Shown piece by piece: positions 1 through 6,560 of a stretch of DNA of 16,725 nt; positions within the stretch are counted from its first letter, which is position 1, and every line of letters begins with the position of its first letter. Origin of the DNA: Planctomycetota bacterium (GTDB lineage Bacteria; Planctomycetota; SZUA-567; H5-PLA8); the NCBI GenBank assembly GCA_045863855.1, contig BTVV01000134.1, positions 1 through 16,725 on the forward strand, in the 5' to 3' direction. A program made the translations under genes and the position numbers. The notes beneath the pieces are model-generated. The model saw only the letters and a list, made by a program, of their open reading frames with translations, was not told the origin of the DNA and searched no databases.

Positions 1-174
1 CCAATTGGATGACTTTAACTAAATAGCATACACAATACAAATCGACCTATCTCCCAATCCATCGACTCCTGGGCATCGCCCTCTCCCTAAAATATACAAT
101 AAAAATTCCTGACTTACCTCCGAATGGCCATCCCCAAGATGAATGCTCCAAGCGGCATACGCATCCACCGCTCC

Positions 175-216
175 AAATGAAACATGCTCGCCCGGCCCTT
201 AGCCAAGCGAGCATGC
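175..216 (-). terminator. Rho-independent terminator downstream of the PhyH gene
   Basis: The minus strand reads GCATGCTCGCTTGGC-TAAGG-GCCGGGCGAGCATGT then TTCATTT. This is a ~15-bp stem (9 contiguous Watson-Crick pairs at 183-191/207-215, extended by G-U pairs) with a U-rich tail, about 40 nt after the stop at 254. Confidence 0.7.
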
Positions 217-253
217 GTGTCGTTCTGAGATTGAAGTTCCGGTGCGCCTCGGT

Positions 254-1078
254 TCAGCGCGAAGAGTAGATCACGGGATTGAGATGCGTCTTCATCACTG
301 CGCCGATTTGCGTCCCTGGGCACCACGCTTTCCAATCCGACATCTGGTTGTCGTTGGTGGGCTGCTTCAGGCGCATGTCTTCGTCCATGTAGATGATGGT
401 CATCACTTCGCGCGCGCGGTCGGTGACGTTCGGTCCGGCGCGGTGGAAGGTCCAGCCGTAGTGGAAGCTGACTTCGCCCAGTTCGAACGGCTCTTCGACG
501 TATTGGAAGCCTTGGTCGTGCATGGCCTTCGAGATCTGCACTTCGCTCTCGTCGCTGATCTTCAAATCGCGACCGCATTCGAAGGTGTGGCTTTTCCTCG
601 CGAAGGCCAGCGGCCCCATTTCCAGCGGGGTGGCCTGGTGCGGAATCCACGCGGTGACCGACTTCTCGCTCGCCATGGGCCAATAGTACTGGTCGGCGTG
701 CCAAGGCGTGAATCCGCCGCTGGGTTCCTTGTAGAGCGCCTGATCGTGCCACATGCGCACGCCGGTCACGCCCAGCAATTCCGCCGCGATCCGCGCCAAG
801 CGCTTCCCAAAGACGAACTCCTTGACCGTATCGCACTTCGTCCATAGGTTACCGACCTGAATGAACGCTTTGTTGTAGGTGGTCCGCTCGGCCATCGGGA
901 GCGTATTGCGATTCAATTCCAGCACCTTTTTCGTGATCGCCGGGCCGTAGTACGCGAGCACCTCGGGCGAGAGCACCTGCTTAAGTTTGATGTATCCGTT
1001 CTCGCGGAAGAAGCCGATCTGTTCGGCGCTCAGCGCGTAACGCGAATCGATATCGAGTTTCGTGGCGACGGCGGTCAT
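254..1078 (-). CDS. Phytanoyl-CoA dioxygenase (PhyH) family Fe(II)/2-oxoglutarate dioxygenase
   Basis: Motifs: 'LSAEQIGFFRENGYIKL' N-terminus, HxD in 'TPWHADQYYW', distal His in 'TFHRAGPN', and the 2OG-binding Arg in 'AREVMTIIY'. Start set at ATG 1078 (MTAVATK), which has a GAGGGA RBS upstream, rather than 1135. Confidence 0.9.
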   Translation of the reverse strand: MTAVATKLDIDSRYALSAEQIGFFRENGYIKLKQVLSPEVLAYYGPAITKKVLELNRNTLPMAERTTYNKAFIQVGNLWTKCDTVKEFVFGKRLARIAAELLGVTGVRMWHDQALYKEPSGGFTPWHADQYYWPMASEKSVTAWIPHQATPLEMGPLAFARKSHTFECGRDLKISDESEVQISKAMHDQGFQYVEEPFELGEVSFHYGWTFHRAGPNVTDRAREVMTIIYMDEDMRLKQPTNDNQMSDWKAWCPGTQIGAVMKTHLNPVIYSSR

Positions 1079-1251
1079 CGAAGGTTCCCTCGTGGAGTGG
1101 GCGAGCCGGTAGAGCGGCTGCGCATCGAGAACCATTCAACCCTCTTAGTAACTCGCGGGCTACGCCGGGGGATGCAAAGAATGGTACTTTTTTAATCTAT
1201 GGCCTCTATTTATCATGGTGCATAGGCAAGAAGATACGGAATTGAGCCTGC

Positions 1252-2124
1252 ATGAAAACCAATATCGAACGCATCGCCGCTCCGCTGGACGCCTCCTTCG
1301 TCTGCCGGCGGCGGCGGGAGGCGAGCTTCCCCTTCTTCTGGCACCGCCACGAGGAGGTCGAGCTGACCTTCATTGCCGCCAGCCGGGGGCGGCGCTTCGT
1401 GGGGGATTCGATCGCCGACTATGGACCCGGTGACTTAATCCTCCTGGGGCGCAATCTGCCGCATACCTGGCATTGCGAACGCGTAAAAGGAGCACAGGCA
1501 GATGCAACCTTCGTTCAGTTCGCGGAGGATTTTCAGGGGCCGGAGTTCTTTGCGCGTCCCGAGTGGACCCGCGTCCGGGGGTTGCTCGAACGCGCGCGCC
1601 AGGGACTGCAATTCGACGGCCGCGCGCGCGACCGCGCCGGCGAGCGCTTGCTCGGCATGCCGCGCCTCGATCCGGCGCGTAGGCTCCTCGCGTTGCTGGA
1701 AATCCTGGAAGAACTCTCTCGCGCGCGGCCGTGCGCGGTTCTTTCGAGCCTGCCATACGAAGCGCCGCACCGGCACGACGAAGCGCGGATCGACCGCGTC
1801 TGCCGCTTCGTAAATGCGCGCTTTCGCGAAGAGATCGCGCAGCCGGAAGCCGCGAAGATCGCGCATTTGTCCGCGCCCGCCTTCAGCCGTTTCTTCAAGC
1901 GCGCCACGGGCCGGTCGTTCACCGGCTACGTCAATGCCTTGCGCGTAGGGCATGCGTGCCGCGAACTGATCGAGACCGAGCGCTCCGTCGCCGAGATCGC
2001 GTTCGACGCCGGCTTCGGAAACCTCTCCAATTTCAACCGGCGCTTCCGGGAATTGAAGGGGCTCAATCCCCGGGACTTCCGGCGGCAGTTCCACACCCGC
2101 GGTGCGGCTGCGGCCGGGCTTTGA
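1252..2124 (+). CDS. AraC-family transcriptional regulator with N-terminal cupin domain
   Basis: Cupin motif 'WHRHEEVELTFI...PGDLILLGRNLPHTW' and C-terminal double HTH 'AFSRFFKRATGRSF...VAEIAFDAGFGNLSNFNRRFRELKGLNPRDFR'. Divergent from the PhyH gene. Confidence 0.95.
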   Translation: MKTNIERIAAPLDASFVCRRRREASFPFFWHRHEEVELTFIAASRGRRFVGDSIADYGPGDLILLGRNLPHTWHCERVKGAQADATFVQFAEDFQGPEFFARPEWTRVRGLLERARQGLQFDGRARDRAGERLLGMPRLDPARRLLALLEILEELSRARPCAVLSSLPYEAPHRHDEARIDRVCRFVNARFREEIAQPEAAKIAHLSAPAFSRFFKRATGRSFTGYVNALRVGHACRELIETERSVAEIAFDAGFGNLSNFNRRFRELKGLNPRDFRRQFHTRGAAAAGL

Positions 2125-2187
2125 TTTGCGCCGCGCGCGCGGCGGGCTTATGAAATCGGCATCCCACGCGGCCCAGGAGCCCGATGC

Positions 2188-2574
2188 ATGCGCCTCGAAC
2201 ACATTGCCTTCCAAACCGCCGATCCCGTCGCCACCGCGGCATGGTACGAAAAGAACTTGGGGATGAAAACGATTCGCAAGCTGGAGACGGGCGCGCGGAT
2301 GCATTTCCTGCTCGACGACGCCGCGCGCACGATTGTAGAGGTCTACAACAATCCGGCCGCCGAAGTGCCCGAGCACGCCAAGCGCCACCCGCTGCTTTTT
2401 CATTTGGCGTTCGAGACGGCCGATCTGGCAAGCGACCGCGCGCGGTTGCTCGCCGCGGGCGCGACGGCCGAAGGCGAGATCGATACGACGCCGGCCGGCG
2501 ACCGGCTCTGCTTTCTGCGCGATCCGTGGGGCGTGGCGCTGCAGCTTTGCCAGCGCGCCAGCCGCATGCCGTAA
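2188..2574 (+). CDS. VOC (glyoxalase/bleomycin-resistance) family protein
   Basis: 128 aa with paired modules 'LEHIAFQTADP...AWYEKNLG', 'IVEVY', 'FHLAFETADL' and 'FLRDPWGVALQL'. AGGAG RBS upstream. Confidence 0.9.
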   Translation: MRLEHIAFQTADPVATAAWYEKNLGMKTIRKLETGARMHFLLDDAARTIVEVYNNPAAEVPEHAKRHPLLFHLAFETADLASDRARLLAAGATAEGEIDTTPAGDRLCFLRDPWGVALQLCQRASRMP

Positions 2575-2577
2575 GCG

Positions 2578-4053
2578 TCAGGCGTCGGTGTATCCCGGCA
2601 GCTTCGTATCGGCCCACGGGTGATCCTGAACCAACAGCCCGTCGTCGGGGTTGGCGGGCATCTCGCCCAGCGGATGCGTCTTCCAGGCGGAGCCTTCCAG
2701 CGCATCGGTTTCGCCGGCGGCCTCCAGCGTATCGATCATCCGCTTGCGCATCTTATCCAGCGGCTCTTTGAAGAAACCCACGCCCGCGCGGTCGCGCGTC
2801 TCGGCCGGATCTTCCAGACGGTCGAAGAGCATCTCGCGCCGGTCGGCCGCGCTGCGGATGTATTTCCAGCGCTCGCCGCAGGCCATGTACAGCCCTCGAG
2901 ACCCGTGCATGAGTTGCGAATACACGACTTCGCGCGGCGCGCGTCCGGCGGCAAGGTCTGCCAGGTCCACGCCGTCGAGCGCATGCGAATCGACCTTCGC
3001 GCCAGCCGCGTTCAGGCAGGTCGGCGCGATGTCCACGAGACTGGCCGGTTTCTCGCAGCGCCCGCCGGCGGCGAAGCGCCCCGGCTGCCGGACCAATAAC
3101 GGCACCCGGCAGGCGCTGTCGAGCATCGTGCGCTTGCCGAAGCAGCCGTAATCGCCCAGCAGTTCGCCGTGGTCCGAGCTGTAGACGATCAGCGTGCGGT
3201 CCAGTTGGCCGGTCTGCTCAAGGGATTTGAGGATGCGGCCGACCTGGAAATCGATGAAGGAAATACACGCGAAATAATACGCTCGCATGCAGCGGATCAG
3301 ATGCAGGTCCAGGCCGGCGTCCCTGTACTTGCTGCGGTTCTGCTTGCGGTTGAACAGCGTCCAGAGCGCCTCGGCATCCGGAGGTATTTTGGGCAGCGGC
3401 ATCATCGGCGCGCGGTACAGCTTGTGCCACGGATTCGGCGGCGCGAAAGGCGGATGCGGATGGATAAAACTGGCGTAGAGGTACCACGGCTCCTTTTCGG
3501 GCCGCTTTTCTTCGATGAAATGCACCGCCCGTTCGCCCACCCAATTCGTCGGATGCAATCGCGAAGGCATCTGCGCCGGCTGCGGCACGTAATACATCTC
3601 GCCCCGGATGCCGTGCGGATCGCAGACGTGCTTGAAGCCCTGCTCGTGCAGGAAGCGCACGTAATCGTCGCCTTGCGGATCGCGCACGATCTCTTCCTGC
3701 CGTTCCCGCGTCTGGAACCCGTACAGTCCGTCGGGCACGAAATGGCATTTGCCGATGCCGTGCGTGCGATAGCCGCTCCGCGCCAGCGCCTCGACGAAGG
3801 AGGTTCGTCCTTCGGGGAACTTGAAGCCGTTGTCGTAGCATTTGGTGTGAAAAGGATACTGGCCAAAGGTGAAGCTGCAGCGCGCGGCGACGCAAACCGG
3901 CGAGGGCGTGTACGCGCTTGTAAAGGCCGTGCCTTCGCTCGCCAAGCGGTCCAGCGCCGGCGTTTTGATCACGGGATTGCCGAGCGCGCGAACGGTATCG
4001 AAGCGCTGCTGATCGGTGAGGAGAAAAAGAATGTTCGGTCGTGCGGCGGCCAT
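2578..4053 (-). CDS. Cys-type formylglycine-dependent sulfatase (family S1), no signal peptide
   Basis: Motifs 'RPNILFLLTDQQR', 'SPVCVAARCS' (CxAxR, 3880-3894), 'GYRTHGIGKCH', 'HPHPPF', 'SSDHGELLGD' and 'FDRLEDPAE'. GAGGAG RBS upstream. Confidence 0.93.
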   Translation of the reverse strand: MAAARPNILFLLTDQQRFDTVRALGNPVIKTPALDRLASEGTAFTSAYTPSPVCVAARCSFTFGQYPFHTKCYDNGFKFPEGRTSFVEALARSGYRTHGIGKCHFVPDGLYGFQTRERQEEIVRDPQGDDYVRFLHEQGFKHVCDPHGIRGEMYYVPQPAQMPSRLHPTNWVGERAVHFIEEKRPEKEPWYLYASFIHPHPPFAPPNPWHKLYRAPMMPLPKIPPDAEALWTLFNRKQNRSKYRDAGLDLHLIRCMRAYYFACISFIDFQVGRILKSLEQTGQLDRTLIVYSSDHGELLGDYGCFGKRTMLDSACRVPLLVRQPGRFAAGGRCEKPASLVDIAPTCLNAAGAKVDSHALDGVDLADLAAGRAPREVVYSQLMHGSRGLYMACGERWKYIRSAADRREMLFDRLEDPAETRDRAGVGFFKEPLDKMRKRMIDTLEAAGETDALEGSAWKTHPLGEMPANPDDGLLVQDHPWADTKLPGYTDA

Positions 4054-4194
4054 GTCGAAAGCTCCTCAAGAACCGTTCTTTGATCTCAATCTACCATGCT
4101 GCGACCGCAAGCGCATGAAGGATAGGGACTTGATGCGAAAAGGGCATGAGCGAGCGCGCGCCGGCCGGCTCGCCCGGGCGCCTTTCCGTTGCTT

Positions 4195-6426
4195 TCATGC
4201 CGCGCGCCCGCGCCAGATTTGCGCGCCCAGTTCCAACGCCATCAGCACGCCCGCCAAAACCCACAGCCACGGCGCAGCCGACCGGCCCGGGCGAAGTGCC
4301 GCCAATTCGCCGAAGATCGCTTCCGGCTCGGTGACATGCGCCGCCGCGACGCTCCGAAGCGTGCGCTCGATCTCGTCTGGCCAGCGTTCGAGGCCGGATT
4401 CGAGCGCGGCTGTGCGGCACCTGATCCAGTTCGCGCCGCTCCTGCCGTCCTCGCGCAACCGGTACACGCCCGGCTCGGCCAAGGCGGGAAGGTGGAAGCT
4501 TCCTGCTCCGGCCGGTACTTCAAGCGTCCAAGCAGCGGGCGCTACGGACGACTCCGGAAAGGCCCACGGCCCGTCGACGATCATCCGCCGCGGTTTCGAC
4601 CGAGCGGCGATGGCCACTGGCGCCGCTTCGCCTGGCGCGATTTCATCGGGCGCCGACCAACCGCCGCGCGCGCGCCGCGCGTATTCCGCCAGACCTGCCC
4701 ACAGCACCGGCCACGCCGGAGATGCGCTCAACGCGTCCCCCGCCGCCGCCCCGAAAGCCCATTGATGCACGGCGCCGGCGCCCATGGGCCGCCAAAGCCA
4801 CCCCGGCGCGCCGTCCTCGAAGCGCAGCAGCGCGATATCTTCTGGCGCCCCGCGCCCGGGCAGCGCCAGTCGCAAGCGCCGCGGCAGCGGAATATCCGCC
4901 AGCGCACCGTTGCGCCCGTCGCGAAACGGTGCGACCAAAGGGTGCTCGGGTTCGCTCAGGCCCAGCCTCCAACCCCGCGCTTCGACCTCGGCGAAAGAGA
5001 TCCCGCGGGGCCAGAGCGGCTCGTCGCCCGCCTCGCGCGCGGCCAGCGGAGAGTTGACGCCGTCGCGGACTCGCTGCAAATCGGGCAGCCAGACGAGTTG
5101 CAGGCCGGCCTCCACCCAGGCGCGAAGGCGTTCGGCCTGATCGGGCGGGACACGCGGGCCGTCCGGTCCGTGCAGCGCGACGAGCAAGCCCGTTTGGCCC
5201 TCCGGCGCGACGGCGGGCGGCCCGCTGCGCAAGTCCACGCGGTCTCCGGGCATGCCATCCAACGGATCGAGCGCCGCGCGCAGGGCTTCCCACGCTCCGT
5301 CGGGCTTGCCCGCAGCGGGTCGCTCGTCCGGCGCGCGCACGTCCCACAACCAGACCGGAGACGCGCCTTCCACCGTCCAGACCGCTTCGGCGCGGTCGTC
5401 GAACGGGCGCTCATCGGCGTCGGTGAAACGCGCTTCGAACCAGAGCGCCCCCGGCCGCGCGGCCAGCGCCGGAAATTCCAGCTCGACGCTCTGCCCGTCG
5501 GACAGCGCCACCGCTCGTTCGAGCAAGATCGCGGGCGCGCCGGCGCTCGGAACCGCGCCCGGCATATCCAACGCAGCCATGCGCACGCGTATCGGGCGCG
5601 ATCCGCCTCCGCGTTCGCACGCCACACGCACCTGCATACGCAGCGTCTCGCCGGCCAGGGCCTCGGGCTGCCCCGGCGCGGGACGCGGAGCTTCGATGCG
5701 CCATTGCCGCGCCGGCGCGTCCGGCGGTTCGCAGATCAACAAGGGCGGTGCACCGCGCTTGCCGAACGCATCCAAAGCAGCGGTCCACCGCGCGGCCAGG
5801 GTCGAGTCGGTCCCTTCGCCGGCGTTGCGCTGACCGTCCGTTAGCAAGACGACGGCTCGTTCGGCGGCATCGATTTCTCCGAGCCGGCGCAAAGCACGAG
5901 CGAGCGCGGCGGTCCGATCGCCCGAATTGACGGTGGCCCTTGCTTCTTCCTCCAAGATCCTTTCGGGAGCCGCCCACGGTACGCGCCGACCGGAAGCGAA
6001 TTCGCAGGCGATGCGCCGGACGCCCTGCCGCTCCGCGGCCTGCACCAACCTGCGCAGCGCGCGCGCCGCCACCCGCTCGCCGCGCGCATCGCGCTGCGCC
6101 GCGAAACTCGGCGAATCGTCGACGACCGCGCAGAGCGCGAGATCAAGATCCTCCTCGTCTAGGCCCGAGAGGCCAAAGCCTTTGACCCGCGGGCCGGCCA
6201 GCGCGCAGACCGCCGCCGCCAGCAGCACACAGCGCAGGATCAGCAGCCCCAGATCCTCGAGTTTGCGCCGCCGTTCGGGGACCGGCTGGGCAGGCCATTC
6301 GAGGAAGAACGCACCTGGGAAATCGACCGTCCGTTCGCGCATTCGCGCGCGGAAATGGATCGCCACCGGCAGCAGCGCCGCCGGCAGCGCCCAAAGCAGC
6401 GCGGGGAAGGCGAAGGTAAGTTCCAC
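4195..6426 (-). CDS. BatA-domain / vWA-domain membrane-anchored protein
   Basis: N-terminal BatA double-TM pattern 'FAFPALLWALPAALLPVAIH...FP...FL...LLILRCVLLAAAVCALAGP', MIDAS-like 'VVDDSPSF' and 'LLTDGQ', a 'PGVY' motif, and C-terminal TM 'APWLWVLAGVLMALELGA'. GTG start at 6426 preferred because BatA domains normally begin the protein and ATG 6468 overlaps a TATAAT. Confidence 0.8.
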   Translation of the reverse strand: MELTFAFPALLWALPAALLPVAIHFRARMRERTVDFPGAFFLEWPAQPVPERRRKLEDLGLLILRCVLLAAAVCALAGPRVKGFGLSGLDEEDLDLALCAVVDDSPSFAAQRDARGERVAARALRRLVQAAERQGVRRIACEFASGRRVPWAAPERILEEEARATVNSGDRTAALARALRRLGEIDAAERAVVLLTDGQRNAGEGTDSTLAARWTAALDAFGKRGAPPLLICEPPDAPARQWRIEAPRPAPGQPEALAGETLRMQVRVACERGGGSRPIRVRMAALDMPGAVPSAGAPAILLERAVALSDGQSVELEFPALAARPGALWFEARFTDADERPFDDRAEAVWTVEGASPVWLWDVRAPDERPAAGKPDGAWEALRAALDPLDGMPGDRVDLRSGPPAVAPEGQTGLLVALHGPDGPRVPPDQAERLRAWVEAGLQLVWLPDLQRVRDGVNSPLAAREAGDEPLWPRGISFAEVEARGWRLGLSEPEHPLVAPFRDGRNGALADIPLPRRLRLALPGRGAPEDIALLRFEDGAPGWLWRPMGAGAVHQWAFGAAAGDALSASPAWPVLWAGLAEYARRARGGWSAPDEIAPGEAAPVAIAARSKPRRMIVDGPWAFPESSVAPAAWTLEVPAGAGSFHLPALAEPGVYRLREDGRSGANWIRCRTAALESGLERWPDEIERTLRSVAAAHVTEPEAIFGELAALRPGRSAAPWLWVLAGVLMALELGAQIWRGRAA

Positions 6427-6466
6427 CAGACAGAATTCCCATGTGCGAGATGGACGAAGCCCGGTC

Positions 6467-6472
6467 ATTATA
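6467..6472 (-). promoter_or_regulatory. Candidate sigma70 -10 element (TATAAT) upstream of the BatA-vWA gene
   Basis: Perfect TATAAT on the minus strand in a GC-rich context, 40 nt upstream of the proposed GTG start. No consensus -35 seen. Confidence 0.35.
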
Positions 6473-6560
6473 AACGCATACCCGGCGCCGGGCGCTCAGG
6501 AATATGACGTGGCGCTTGAACCTAAAGTTAGAATGGCACCCCGAACAAGCCGATCCAGGT

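Noticed and set aside
15..76. Tiny minus-strand ORFs at the left edge (9 and 15 codons) near purine-rich RBS-like sequences
   Set aside because: Too short to support, with no recognisable features. The 15-codon ORF also has poor RBS spacing.
2129..2144. 16-bp palindrome CGCCGCGCGCGCGGCG after araC
   Set aside because: Low-complexity CG repeat with no convincing U-tract. Expected by chance at this GC content.
4150..4190. Possible hairpin between the BatA-vWA and sulfatase genes
   Set aside because: The stem is imperfect, and the T-rich tail is on the strand opposite to the direction of transcription.
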